Positions 43,190 through 57,205 of a stretch of DNA of 64,000 nucleotides are shown here, piece after piece. This stretch comes from Chiloscyllium plagiosum (taxonomy: Eukaryota). Numbering within the stretch: the first letter of the stretch is position 1; each line of letters starts with the position of its first letter. The stretch spans positions 89,195,666 to 89,259,665 of the forward strand of contig NC_057710.1 of assembly GCF_004010195.1 (NCBI RefSeq), read 5' to 3'. The position numbers and the translations under genes were made by a program. Under the pieces are notes generated by a model. That model was not told where the DNA came from. It ran no database searches and saw only the letters and a program-made list of their open reading frames with translations.

Positions 43190-43516
43190 GGGCGGCACGG
43201 TGGCACAGTGGTTAGCACTGCTGCCTCACAGCGCCAGAGACCCGGGTTCAATTCCCGACTCAGGCGACTGACTGTGTGGAGTTTGCACGTTCTCCCCGTG
43301 TCTGCGTGGGTTTCCTCCGGGTGCTCCGGTTTCCTCCCACAGTCCAAAGATGTGCAGGGTCAGGTGAATTGGCCGTAATAAATTGCCCGTAATGTTAGGT
43401 AAGGGGTAAATGTAGGGGTATGGGTGGGTTGCGCTTCGGCGGGGCGGTGTGGACTTGTTGGGCCGAAGGGCCTGTTTCCACACTGTAATCTAATCTAATC
43501 TAATCTAATCTAAATC
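43190..43516 (+). mobile_element. HE1-like SINE, young full-length copy with (AATCT)n tail
   Basis: Intact A/B boxes, CpG-rich, five taatc tail units. Confidence 0.92.
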
Positions 43517-43519
43517 AAG

Positions 43520-44620
43520 GCGTTTGACATGAAGGTGGTGAATGAGATACAAATCGAGTGGGCTTCTTTGTCCTGGATGGTGTCAAGTTTTTTGAGTATT
43601 TTTGGAATTATACCCATCCAGCTGCACCTATTCAGTGTATTCCACCAAACCCTTGATAGTGGGCAGGCTTTGGGAGTCAGAAAATTAGTATGCAGTACTA
43701 ACTTGTTCTTGTGGTCCTATATTTAAATGGCAAGTCCAGTTCAGTTGCTTTCAATGGCAGTTCTGGGATGTTGATAGAGGGTTGATGGTTTACTCTCTTA
43801 TTGGAGATTGCCATTGTCTGGCACTTATGTGCCACAAATGTTACTTGCCATTTGCCATCCCAATCCTATGTCTTGCTGCATTTGGACATAGACTGCTTCA
43901 GTATCTGAGGAGTCTTGAGTGGTGCTGAATGTTGTGCAATCATCAATTATCTTCCTTACTTCTGACCTTGTGATTGTGGGCAGATCATTGATGAAGTACC
44001 TACCCCTGAGAAACCTCTGCGTCAATGTCCCCTGGATTAGATGATTGACCACCACCAGCCACAGCCATATTCCTTTGTGTTAAGTATAACTCTAATCAGT
44101 GGAGATTACTTTTTACTTCAGTTCTGCTCAAGCTCTGTGGCATGCTGTTCTTGTCAAATGTTGCCTTGATGTCAAGGGCAGACTCTTCACCTCTGGAGTT
44201 TAGCTGTTTTGTCCATGTTTTGACCAAGCCTGTATTGAGGCCAGGAGCTGAATGGCTCTGGCAGAATCAAGCTGAGTAGTAGTGAACTGGTTATTATTGT
44301 GTAAGTGCTGCCCTATTATCACTGATGACACTCATGATGATCATTTTATGATCATTAGTGTTCTAATGGAGAATTAATTGAATTTAAATTTGTCCTCTCT
44401 TTGTGGGCAAAACATAAATGGGCAATAGAGCACATTGGATGGTAGATCCCTAATTTGTAACAATGTAATAATACTGAAGCAGCTTGGCTTGGTAATGTGT
44501 TCAGTGCCTTCAGCCAGTTCATGATACCGTGTGCAGTGAAATGAATTGGCTGAGTACTGGCATCTGTGATGTCAAGGACCTCTGGGATACTGAGATGGGT
44601 CATTACATGGGACTTCTGGT
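43520..44620 (-). mobile_element. Degenerate non-LTR retrotransposon RT fragment; related copies at ~6900-7900, ~37130-37440 and ~59300-59720
   Basis: FINDLP...IIDDCT RT-like motif in ORF 43825..44055. Clade not determined. Confidence 0.6.
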
Positions 44621-44709
44621 TCAAAGCTCTTTTGAAAGTTAGACTTGTTATAATTTTTGATTTTTATCAGGGGATTCAGAAATATTTAACTGGATTTTAT
44701 TTTTTCTAG

Positions 44710-44844
<135 letters not shown>

Positions 44845-46367
44845 TAATTCTGCACAGTTTTTCTAAAAGTTAGTCTTTGGCTACATTCCTCTTTTGACTT
44901 GTAGGAAAGAGCTTTGGTAATTCTTGAGGCAAAAGTGTGAAAATAGTGACCTGGAATTAATATATAAATTATTAACTTCAAACTCTGTTTAACCAGTTGT
45001 AATTTCTTGGTTCACATACTCTCAACCTCAATATAACTAACTACTGCTAACTCCATTTTCAGTTGTATCAGACATAATTTGTTGTTGTAGTTGTTGTAAT
45101 TGCCAATTTACAAAATAATATATGATTATGTAATAATTTAATCGGTAGTATTCAAATCCTTTAAAGAGTGTCATTCTACTGTCAGAGTGATAATTGAATA
45201 ATAAATAAATAATGAGATGCCAACTTGTCTGTAGTGTAATTAAAGAACTTGTTCATTGTAATTGGATATAAAGAATGGGCATGATTAGAAACCAAGCACA
45301 CAAGTAAATTTTGAAAAATATTTTTGAGGGAGAGAGCTGACATTAGCGGACTGTAAGAAATCTGTCATTCTGCAAAGTTCAAAAGCAGAGTTAAAAACCC
45401 ATGATAAAATTACTGCAGCTTATTAGTAAAGAATTGGTGGCACTTTGTTTAAAAATAACATAAATTTTCACTTATGAAGTGAAATGCACTTAAACTGGAT
45501 AGGGAATAATTATTCAGTGCAGTAACTGTACATTCTCTGAATATTACTATTTTGTTATCATCAGAAAATTACAGATCTTAAAATTTTACTTTTTATAAAA
45601 GTTGATTTAAAGAACTATTTTTGTTTGTAAAGCGTTGGCTTTTACAATTAAATGTAGTGTGACATCTTTATTAGCAAGTAAATACAAAGTTTGGGATACT
45701 TCCTGTTGCTCAATCTGAGCTGTCAACCTAAGACTGGCTTGCCAATTATGTTGTCACCACCTCTACTTTGGGCTTCCACTACAGCCAGTTGTCTCTATAT
45801 CCAGGGATTGATGCAGCATGAAAAGCTTAAATAGATTCTTGCCTCCACAACAAATACTATGAAGTTTCAAATAGAATGCACAGCAGCACCTTTTATGAGA
45901 AACTAGGGATCACCATTCAACTTAGCTTTCCGAAAGTTGACTACCTCCTGGGAACTACACTTTTGAAAAGCTGCATTTGCAAGCAGAATACAAAATATCT
46001 TGACTTATTTTCATCCCACAACTTTCTATATTCTGAGTGTGTGCAGATGTGGTATGAACAAAACTGGTAGATCTGAAAAACAGCAGTGATGGGATGAATC
46101 TGCTTAAAGTGCTGGTAATGTTAGATCATATGCTTCTTGACATCAGTTACTGAATCACCATGGATTTCTAGGACAGCACACTAGAAATGTAGAAGTTTTT
46201 ACTCGCATTCAGATGTTGAAAAGGATCTTCACTGTAATATAAGGGAAAGAAAACAGTTCATCACTTTCTCAAGGGCAGTTAGGATGGGCAACAAATGCTG
46301 GCCTTGCTAGTGATGACTGCATCCCAATAAAGAATAAAAAGGAAAGAATAGCCTTTGTTTTCATTGA

Positions 46368-46529
<162 letters not shown>

Positions 46530-46789
46530 TAGTTAGGTTTGTGATCAATGTGAATCTTGCATTTTTGCATTGTTCCGTTACTTTTACCCTCCTTATTTCA
46601 AAGTATATCTTGTAATTTTATTTTATGAACAAAATATAGCAGCTCGAATAGAAGGTTATTTAGCACAGGCTAAATCCGAACCTCTGACTAGGTGGAACTG
46701 CCGGATGGCTAAATTTGATAAACATTCAATAATATTACTTGGGCCTTAGTTTATTTCATTTTAAAATGCGAACTATTTGCTCTGATTTG

Positions 46790-47040
46790 AAGATTTAAGA
46801 GATCTAAGGGACAACATTTTCATGCAGTTGGTGGTATATGTATGGAATGAGCTGCCAGCTTCCACCACTCAGCAGTTACAACATTTAAAAGACAGCTGGA
46901 TAGGTACATGAATAGGAAGGGTTTAGTAGGGTATAGGTGAAATGCTGACAAATGGCGCTAGATTAATTTAGGATATCTGGTCGGCATGGATTAGTTGGAC
47001 CGAAGGGTCTGTTTCTGTGCTGTTCAACTCTAACTCTAAG
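46790..47040 (+). mobile_element. CR1 3'-end fragment
   Basis: tggaatgagctgccag...gaagggtctgtttctgtgctg, ctcta tail. Confidence 0.8.
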
Positions 47041-47119
47041 TCTCTTAAGAGGTAGAAGTTTGAGAGCAACCAAATAAAATTATATTCAGGAAGGCAGAGG
47101 TACTAATCAAATAATGAGG

Positions 47120-48772
47120 CTGTGGCTAACAAGCATCTAGATCCAGATGAACTTCATGTTAAGGTTTTAAAAGGAGTAGCCAGTGAGATAGTTGATGTTG
47201 TTTTAATTCCCAATACTCTTTACATTCGGGGGAAGATTCCTTTAGATTGGAAACGAATGTCTCACAATCATTCAGAAGGGAGGGAGGCAGAAAGCAGGGT
47301 ACCATATGCTTAGCTTAACATCTGATTTAAGGAAAATGTTTGAATCAATTATAAGGGATGTTATAACAGAGCAATTGGATAAGTTCAAGGTAATGAGACA
47401 GAGCCAACATGGTTTTGTCAAAGCGAAATCATACTTAATTAATTTATTGGAGTGGAAGGGTTTGGAGGGATATGGGCCGGGTGCTGTCAGGTGGGACGAG
47501 ATTGGGTTGGGATATCTGGTCGGCATGGATGGGTTGGACTGAAGGGTCTGTTTCCATGCTGTGTATCTCTATGACTCTAAATGAGTATGCTGTAGATAAA
47601 GGGAAGCCATGGATGTGTTTAATTTTCCAAGAGGCATTTGATAAGGTGCCACATTAAAGATTATTGTGGAAAAAAACTCATGATTGCAAGGGTAACATAT
47701 TGATATGTGTAGAAGATTGGCTGCTGACTAACATGAAACAGTGATTTGGAATGAGTGGATTCTTTTTAGGCTGGCACTATGTCATGAATGGTGTGCCACA
47801 GGTGACAGGGCCTCAGTTTTTTGCAGTGTTTATAAATAATTTAGATGGAGGAATTTAAGGCGTGGTAGTTAAATTTGTTGATGACACAAAAATAGGTAGG
47901 AAAGTGAGTTGTGAGGAGGACATAAGGAACCTGTGAAGGGATATTGATAGGTTAAGTGAATGGGCAAAGATCTGGAGTACAATGTGAAACAGTGTGAAAT
48001 TGTCCATTTTGGCAGCAAGAATAAAAAAAAGGCACACTATCTAAATGGTGAAAGGCTGCAGAGCTCTGAGGTGGAGACAGAGAGAGATCTGGGTATCTTA
48101 GTGCATGAATCGCAGAAGATCAATATGAATGCGCAGCAAGGAATCAGGAAAGCCAATGGAACATTAAAGTTTATTGTGAGGGGAATTAAATGGAAGAATA
48201 GGGAAGTTATACTTTAGTTATATAGGGTATTGGTGAGACCACATCTGAAGTTCTGTGTACAGTACTGGTCATTGTACTTACAGGAGGAGGTAAATGCATT
48301 GGAAGCAGTTAAGAGAAGGTTTACTAGACCAATACCTGGAAGGATGGATTGCTTTATGAAGAAAAGCTAGAGAGGCTAGGCCTGTATCTCTCTGGAGTTT
48401 AGAAGAGTCAGATGACTTAATTGAAACGTATAAGATTCTGACTAGACTTGACTGGGTGGATGTTGGAAGAATGTTTTCTCTTGGAGGAGAATTTCAGACT
48501 AGGAGTTATGGTTTAAAAGTAAGGGTATGCCAGATGGATTTTTTTGTTTTGAAGGTTGTGTCTTTTGAATTCCCTTCCTCAAAAGGCACTGGGTGCAGAA
48601 TCTTTACATAATTTTTATGGCATAGGTGAATAGATTCTTGATTTCCAAGGGGATGAAAGATTATTAGGGAATACAGAAATATAGAGTTAAGGTTAAGATC
48701 AGATCAGCAATGATCTTGTTGAAAGGCAGAGCAGGCTCGAATGGCTGAGTAGCCTACTCTTGTTCCTTGCTC
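47120..48772 (+). mobile_element. Old CR1 ORF2 with a nested young CR1 3' end (~47452-47580)
   Basis: SQHGFVKAKS, AFDKVPH and FVDDTK motifs. Confidence 0.82.
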
Positions 48773-48854
48773 ATATCTTGTTTCTACTGGAATTGAGAAG
48801 AGTAGGAGTGATTTGATAGGAAGTGTATAAGATCCTGACAAGGTGGATATGAAA

Positions 48855-48945
48855 CATTGCTGATGAAGGGCTAATGTCCAAAACGTCGCTTCTCTTCCTC
48901 AGATGCTGCCTGACCTGCTTTGCTTTTCCAGCGCCACACTTTTCG
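48855..48945 (+). mobile_element. Short PLE-terminal-repeat insertion, family A
   Basis: Imperfect TSD aaggtggata(t/c)g. CTGATGA...AAAACGTC, a mutated hammerhead. Confidence 0.75.
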
Positions 48946-48975
48946 AAGGTGGATACGGAAGGAATGTTTCCTCTT

Positions 48976-49500
48976 ATAGAGTCATAGAGGTGTACAGCAC
49001 AGAAACAACTCATTCATGCCAACCAGATATCCTAACCCAATCTCATCCCATTTGCCAGCGCTTGGCCCATATCCCTCTAAACACTTCCTATTCATATACC
49101 CATCCAGATGCCTTTTTAATATTGTAATTGTACGAGCCTCCACCACATCCTCTGGCAGCTCATTGCATCCACACGCCACCCTCTGTGAGATCAAGCTGCC
49201 CATTAGGTCCCTTTTATATCTTTCCCCTTTCACCCTAAACCTATGCCCTCTAATTCTGGACTCCCCTATCCTTCATGATTATATAAACCTCTATAAGGTC
49301 ACCTCTCAGCCTCCGAAAATCCAGGGAAAACAGCCCCGGCTTATTCAGCCTCTCCCTTTAGCTCAAATCCTTCAACCCTGGCAATGTCCTTGTAAATCTT
49401 TTCTGAACCCTTTCAAATTTCACAACATTGTTCCAGTAGGAAGGAGACCAGAATTGTACACAATATTCCAAAAGTAGCCTAACTAACATCCTGTACAACC
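48976..49500 (-). mobile_element. CR1 3' fragment
   Basis: atagagtcatagag terminus, EYCVQFWSPSY on the minus strand. Confidence 0.85.
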
Positions 49501-49744
49501 TGTGGGCCTGTCCAGAACAAAAGGGCACTGTTTTGAAATTAGGGGTCACCCGCTGAGGACAGAAATGAAGGAAGTTTTCCCCCCCCCACCCCCACCCCCC
49601 GAGTATTGTGTGACTTTGGAACTCCCTGCCTCAGTGCAGTGAAATTGCTGTTTTAATACTTTCAAGACAGTGGTAGATTGATTCATTAGGCAAGAGGGTC
49701 AAAGGTTATTGTGGGTAGATGGGAATGTGCAATTCTAGACATGA

Positions 49745-52100
49745 ACAGATCAGCCAATAGCAGTGGAGAGATTGAAGAACTGATAGGCTGGTACATTTTG
49801 GAAAAATTTAGATGTAAAAGCGTCGTTGTTATGTGTGACTTCAACTTTCCCAATATCGACTGGAACCTCCTTCATGCAGATGGTTTGGATGGAGCCGTTT
49901 TTGTCAGGTGTGTTCAGGAGGGTTTCCTTACTCAGTATGTAGACAGGCCGACGAGGGGTGAGGCCATTTTGGATTTGGTACTCTGCAATGAGCCAGGACA
50001 GGTGTCAGATTTCGCAGTGGGTGAACACTTTGGTGACAGTGACCACAACTGCCTCACATTTACCGTAGCCTTGGAGACAGAAAGAGCAGTTACCAAGGGA
50101 AGATATTTAATTGGGAAAAGGAAGCTATGACGCTATTAGACAGGAGTTGGGAAATACAGACTGGGAGCAATCCTTCCACAGGAAGGTCACAGCAGATGTG
50201 GAGACTGTTTAAGGGACAGTTGTTGCGAGTGATGCACGAATTTGTCCCTCTGAGACAGATAAGAAGGGGTAAGAGAACAGAGGAGCTTCTCGTCAAAAGG
50301 AAGAAGGCAGCTTACGAAAGGAGGAGGAAACAAGGATCTAGCACAGCTTTAGAGGATTACAGGCTTGCTATAAAGGAGCTCAGAAATGGACTGAGGAGAG
50401 CCAGGAGGGGGCACTAGAAAGGCTTGGCAGGAAGGATTAGGGAGAATGCAAAGGCATTTTACTCATACGTGAGGAATAAGAGAATGATCAGGGATAGTGT
50501 AGGGAACTGGTGCGTGGAGTCTGAGCAGATAGGGGAAGCCCTGAATGAGTTTTTTGCTTCGGTTTTCAATAAGGAAAGGGACCTTGTTGTGAATGAGAAT
50601 TTTGAGGAACTGGGAAACAGGCTTGAACAGATCAAAATTGATGATGTTGATGTACTGGAAATTGTGGCAAACATTAAGATTGATAAGTCCCCAGGGCCAG
50701 ACCAGATTTATTCTAGGCTGCTCCGGGAAGCGAGAGAGGAGGTTGCTAAGCTGCTGGCAAAGATCTTTGCTTCCTCACTCTCCATGGGAGTCGTATCGGA
50801 GGATTGGAAGGAGGCGAATGTTGTTCCTCTTTTCAAGAAGGCGAATAGGGAAATCCCTGGCAATTACAGACCAGTCAGTCTTATGTCTGTGGTCAGCAAA
50901 GTTTTGGGAAAGAATTCTGAGGGATAGGATTTGGCAAAGCATAGTGTGATTAAAGGCAGTCAGCATGGCTTTGTGAGAGACAGGTCATGCCTAACTTATC
51001 TTATTGATTTCTTTGAGGAGGTGACAAGACAGGTCAACAAAGTTCAAGCGGTGTATGTGGACTTCAGCAAGGCATTTGATAAGATTCCCATGGTAGGCTC
51101 ATTCATAAAGTCAGGAGCTATGGGATACAGGGAAATTTGGCTGTCTGGATTCAGGCAGAGAGTGGTTGTAGATGGAAAGTATTCTGCCTGGAGGTCAGTG
51201 TTGAGTGGTGTCCTGCAGGGCTCTGTTCTTGGGCCTCTGCTCTTTGTAGTTTTTATAAATGACTTGCATGAGAGGTTTAGGGGTGGGTTAGTAAATTTGC
51301 AGATGACACAAGGGTTGAAGGTGTCGTCGATGGTATGGAGGGCTACTGCAGGCTGCAGCGCGACATAGACAGGATGCAGAGCTGGGCTGAGAAATGGGCA
51401 AAAGTGAACTGCAGTTGCTAGAAATCAGAGTCTAGATTAGTGGTGCTGGATTCATTCCAGATGAAGGGTTTTTGCCCGAAACATCGAATTTCCTGCTCCT
51501 CGGATGCTGCCTGACATGCTGTGCTTTTCCAGCACCACTCTAATCTGGGCTGAGAAATGGCAGATTGAGCTGAACCTGGATAAATGAGAAAGTCAAAATT
51601 GAATGCTGAATATAGGATTAAAGACGGGATTCTGGGCAGTGTGGAGGAACACAGGGATCTTCGTGTTCAAGTACATAGATCCCTCAAGGTTGCCATCCAA
51701 GTGGTTGTTAAGAAAACATATGGTGTTTTGGCTTTTATTAACAGGGGATCAAGTTTAAGAGTTGCGAGGTTTTGCTTCAGCTCTATAAGTCCCTGGTGAG
51801 ACCACACTTGGAATATTGTGTCCAGTTCTGGTCATCCTACTACAGGAAAGATACAGAGGCTTTGGAGAGGGTGCAAAGAAGATTCACCAGGATGCTGCCT
51901 GGACTGGAGGACTTGTCTTATGAAGAGAGGTTGACTAAGCTCGGACTTTTCTCTCTGGAGAGAAGAGGAGAAGTGACCTAATCGAGGTATTCATTGAGGC
52001 ATGAATAGAGTCAATAGCCAGAGACTTTTCCCCAGGGCAGGATTGACTGGCACGAGTGGTCATAGTTTTAAGATATTAGGAGAAAGGGTTAGAGGAGAGA
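49745..52100 (+). mobile_element. CR1 LINE ORF2 (endonuclease C-terminus to RT), disrupted
   Basis: [48 protein letters not shown]. Confidence 0.9.
51398..51544 (+). mobile_element. Short PLE-terminal-repeat foldback insertion, family A
   Basis: 16-bp TSD ctgggctgagaaatgg (51382-51397 / 51545-51560). Hammerhead core is mutated (CAGAUGA, ACAUC). Confidence 0.85.
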
Positions 52101-52689
52101 AAAAGAAATGCCAATCATGTCTGTCTTGAAAAGAGAAATCTTAATTTTAAAACAATTCTGGGCTGACCCATGAGAGGAAACATCCTTTCTACATGCACCT
52201 TGCCAAGACAGTTCAGGAACATATTCACTTCAGTCAAGCCAACCCCCCCACACCTCCACCTCTTCTGAATTTCAGTGCAAATAAACCCATCTGTCCAGTG
52301 ATATCCTCTGAAGGGTAACCAATATTGTTTTTCCATCTTTGACAAGTGAGGTTTGAGAAGGTATTTAATGAAACTTTTGGTCATCTCCCTTGACACACAT
52401 CATAGCTTGTGGCTGATACCTTCATTTCTTTCTGCTTTCTTGACCTTTCCCCACCACTGTAGAGGACTTGCACTGATGTTACAGGCCTTATAAAAAAATG
52501 CATTTATAGAAATTCAAAATCTCAATGTTATAAATGCTGGTCGTAAAAATCCCAAGTCTAGGAATTGTCACCTTGGTCCAAAGCAGTTAGAGCACCAAAC
52601 TAAACTGGTTTGGTAATAGTTCGAAGAGATTTCTTTCTTCGCTTCATCCCATGGTTTCCGTGTTACCCCATAACTACATCTCACAAAAT

Positions 52690-55385
52690 AAGTGTTAGTG
52701 AGGGAGCACTTTGGGGCCAGCGACCATAACTCTATTAGCTTAAAAATAGTGATGGGAAAGGATAGACCAGATCTAAAAGTTGAAGTTCTAAATTAGAGGA
52801 CGGCTAATTTTGACGGTATTAAGCAAGAACTGCTGACTGTGGCAGCTGTTTGCAGATAAACAGATGGCTGGAAAATGGGAAGCCTTCAGAAATGAGATAA
52901 TGAGAGTCCGGAGTCAGTATATTCCTGTTAGGATGAAAGAAAGGCTGGTAGGTGTTGGGAATGCTGGATGACAAAAGAAATTGAGGGTTTGGTTAAGAAA
53001 AAGAAGGAAGTATCTGTCAGTTATAGACAGGAGAAATCGAATGAATCCTTAGAGTATAAAGGTAATAGGAGTATACTGTACTTAAGACAGAAATCAGGAG
53101 GGCAAAAAGAGGACATGAGAATATTTTGGCAAATAGGGTTAAGGAGAATCCAAAGGAATTTTATAAATACATTAAGGACAAAAAGATAACTAGGGAGAGA
53201 ATAGGGCCCCTCAAAGATCAGCAAGGCAGCCTATGTATGGAACCGCAGGAGATGGAGATACTAAACAAGTATTTTGCATCAGTGCTCACTGTGGAGAAGG
53301 AAATGGATGATATAGAATGTAGGGAAATAGATGGTGACATCTTGAAAAATGTCCAAATTACAGACGAAGAAGTGTTGGATGTCTTGAAACGCGCAAAGGT
53401 GAATAAATCCCCAGGGCCTGATTGGGTGTACCCTACAACTCTGTGGGAAGCTAGGGAAGTGATTGCTGGGCCTCGTACTGAGATATTTGTGTCATTGATA
53501 GGTGAGGTGCCAGAAGACTGGAGGTTGGCTAATATGGTGCCACTGTTTAAGAAGGGTGGTAAGGACAAGCCAGAGAACTATAGACCAGTGAGCCCCTCAT
53601 TGGTGATGGGCAAGTTTTTGGAGGGAATCCTGAGAGACAGGATGTACATGTATTTGGAAAGGCAGGACTGATTAGGGATAGTGAACATGGCTTTGTGCGT
53701 GGGAAATCATGTATCACAAACTTGATTGAGTTTTTTGAAGAAGTAACAAAGAAGATTGATGAGGGCAGAGTGGTGAACGCGATACATGTGGACTTCAGTA
53801 AGGCGTTCAACAAGGTTCCTCGTGGGACACTGGATAGCAAGGTTAGATCTCATGGAATGCAGGGAGAACTAGCCATTTGGATACAGAACTGGCTTGAAGG
53901 TAGAAAACAAAGGGTGATAGTGAAGGGTTGCTTTTCAGACTGGAAACCATTGACCAGTAGAAAGCCACAAGGATCGGTGCTGGGTCCACTGCTTTTCATC
54001 ATTTTATATAAATGATTTGGATGTGAGCATAAGAGGTATAGTTAGTAAGTTTGCAGATGACACCAAAGTTGGAACTGAAGTGGACAGCGAAGAAGGTTAC
54101 CTCACAGCACAATGGGATCTTGATCAGATGGGCCAATGGGCCGAAAAGTGGCAGATGGAGCTTAGTTTAGAGAATTGTGAAATGTTGCACTTTGGAAAGG
54201 CAAATCAGGTCAGGACTTATACATTTACTGATAAGGTCCTAAGGAGCGTTGCTGAACAAAGAGACCTTGGAGTGCAGTGGAGTCGCAGGTAGATAGGACA
54301 GTGAAGAAGGGCGTTTGGTATGCTTTCCTTTATTGGTCAGAGTATTGAGTACAGGAGTTGGGAGGTCATGTTGTGGCTGTACAGGACATTGGTTAGGCCA
54401 CTGTTGGAATATTGCGTACAATTCTGGTCTCCTTCCTATCGGAAAGATGCTGTGAAACTTGAAAGGGTTCAGAAAAGATTTACAAGGATGTTGCCAGGAT
54501 TGGAGGATTTGAGCTATAGGGAGAGGCTGAACAGGCTGGGGCTGTTTTCCCTGGAGCGTCGGAGTCTGAGGGGTGACCTGATAGAGGTTTACAAAATTAT
54601 GAGGGGCATGGATAGGATAAATAGACAAAGTCTATTCCCTGGGGTTGGGGAGTCCAGAACTAGAGGACATAGGTTTACGGTGAGAGGGGGAAAGATATAA
54701 AAGAGAACTAAGGGGCAACTTTTATTCGCAGAGGGTGGTATGTGTATGGAATGAGCTGCCAGAGGAAGTGGTGGAGGCTGGTAGAATTGCAACATTTAAG
54801 AGGCATTTGGATGGATATATGAATAGGAAGTGTTTGGAGGGATATGGGATATGGGATATACTGGCAGGTGGGACTAGATTGGATTGGGATATCTGGTCGG
54901 CATGGATGGGTTAGATCGAAGGGTCTGTTTCCATGCTGTACATCTCTATGACTCTGAGGGGCATGGATAGGGTAAAGAGACAAAGTCTTTTCCCTGGGAA
55001 CTAGAGGGCATAGGTTTAGAGAAAGATATAAAGAGACCTAAGGAGCAACTTTTTCACGCAGAGGGTGGTGTGTGTATGGAATTATCTGCCAGAGGAAATG
55101 GTGGAGGATGGTACAATTATTGCATTTAAAAGGCATCTGGAAGGGTATATGAATAGGAAAGGTTTAGATGGATGTGGTTGAAACTTTATTGCTGGAACAG
55201 CACAGCAGGTCAGGCAGCATCCAGGGAACAGGAGATTCGACGTTTCGGGCACAGGCCCTTCTTCAGGATGGATGTGGGCCAAGTGCTGGCAAATGGGGCT
55301 AGATTAGGTTGGGATATCTGGTCGGCATGGATGTGTTCGATCAAAGGGTCTGTTTCCATTCTGTTTATCTCTCTGACTCTATGAC
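52690..55385 (+). mobile_element. CR1 LINE ORF2 with a tandemly repeated 3' end
   Basis: Continuous RT motifs. 3' tails at ~54955 and ~55385. Confidence 0.9.
55178..55266 (-). mobile_element. Short PLE-terminal-repeat insertion (family A variant) with an intact hammerhead core
   Basis: 11-bp TSD gatggatgtgg (55167-55177 / 55267-55277). Reverse complement: CUGAAGA A GGGC-cugu-GCCC GAAA CGUC. Confidence 0.82.
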
Positions 55386-55964
55386 TGCATCTGCTGATTA
55401 AAACCGCACAACTTTGTTATGATGGACATCATATCAAGTGTCCAGTTATACTCAATATATAGCTGACACAAGTGGCATGCACTCTTGGACACGATGTCAG
55501 AAAATTGCCAGCACTCAAACTCATTATCGAGTGGAGCATTGCCATCTAAAGAGGAAGAAGGTAAACTCAGAATAGATAGAAAGCAGAGACACAGCCAACT
55601 CTCTCTCCAGCCCAAAAAATACAAAACAGCTTATCAGTTGTTACTGACCTCTATGCCCACTTTGTCTTGCCCATGTGCATGCTCTTTCTTATCTGCAGTT
55701 GCAAACTGTTGTACACAGCTACAAACAACTTCCCATCTTGCTTGTGCACCTCCTGACCTTTTAATGATAATGTCCAGCAGAAGCATCACATTTTGGAGAC
55801 ATCTCACAAAATTGCCAGAGAGGCACAACTTTATCCAGATATTGAGTTTTCTGATCAATTTGTGAAAGTTGGCATAGCCAAGTACATTGTAATTCACTAC
55901 CAAAGCTACACATTTCTATTCCTTTAGAACACAACTGGTTTTCTGCTGGGATCATTTTTTGTAA

Positions 55965-56135
<171 letters not shown>

Positions 56136-56866
56136 TGAACAAAAATAATTGGATTTAAAAAAATTATGCCAACTGTTGATTCCTGCACAAGTTATTTGTA
56201 AAATAAAATTATTTCATTAACAGCGCAATGTTATTTGAATTGATGGAAGAGTGCTCCCATATATAGTCTGCTCTTTGGGTATATGTGTCTGGTCCAAATA
56301 GTGTAATAAGAAATGTGTAATTTTTCTCTCAGTTGAATTGTCAGAACCCGTTTCCTATCTTGATTTTGTTTGTCTTTTTGCTTTGTTTACCTAAACATGG
56401 TAGTTTTGCAGTCCAATTCTTAATTTACTTGTCGAATGAACTGCAAATAACAGAGAAAAAGAACTGAGGTAATTTCCCCACCTTCGATTTGCTGTTTATC
56501 CGTCTCACATTGAACTGCTCACAGATAGAAGTGTCACCAATAGATAAGCAATTAGCCTCTGCCAGTAATGTTTAGTTCCACCTTGATATATCATCTTTAT
56601 TTTAGTGGCAATAGAACAAATAAACATGATCTGGATTTAAGTGTAAGTCGCCTTAAATAATAATTATCTCTGCACTTTGGATGGCGAGAAATGACATTTT
56701 TATCTTGAATTCCAAGCATTTCTTTCCTAGGAAAATGTTTTTCTGCATGCTTATCATTTCATTTATTCATATTGTTCCACATGGCTGTATGTGTGTATGC
56801 TGTCTTGTTTTGTCTTGTTGAACTCACTACTAACTCAGTTTTATGTTAGTTTATCTCTGTATACAG

Positions 56867-56911
56867 CATCTCAAAACCCTCTTGGCAAGGACAAATGCTT
56901 ATGATATAATG
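56867..56911 (+). CDS. FRYL: Candidate 45-nt cassette exon with GC donor, HLKTLLARTNAYDIM
   Basis: Perfect TACTAAC at 56828-56834, T-rich tract, tatacag acceptor, 15 open codons, then G|gcatgt. Phase 0/0. No homology support that I can recall. Confidence 0.3.
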
Positions 56912-57160
56912 GCATGTTTTATTGTTTGTCATTTTCCAAAAATATTATTTTAAACATTCAGTTTAACTCCAAGTTAAGTGCATTGCGGTGTTTTTGTTAC
57001 ATCTAACAAAAGCTCTTCGTACTGCTGTTTGTTGTACGTGCTGTTGTTCATCAAATGCTTTTAAGAATTTTAAGTTTGTGCTTTGTTCCCCATCTAACAT
57101 GCATGGACATCCCATTCTCATGCTTGTTCATGTTTTGCTGTCTTACATTGCTTTATTCAG

Positions 57161-57205
57161 ATGCCATCTAACAACAGTATCAGGAAGCAAATAGAAACTT
57201 TGCAG
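57161..57205 (+). CDS. FRYL: FRYL 45-nt alternative cassette exon, MPSNNSIRKQIETLQ
   Basis: ctttattcag / CAG|gtatgt, phase 0/0, lies between ...SHLK and NKDPK... I recall this peptide from some vertebrate FRYL isoforms. Confidence 0.85.

Noticed and set aside
43168..43190. CTGATGA as another hammerhead
   Set aside because: No stem II or GAAA follows.
43190..43265. tRNA gene
   Set aside because: A/B boxes are the head of an HE1-like SINE with body and tail, with several copies in the window.
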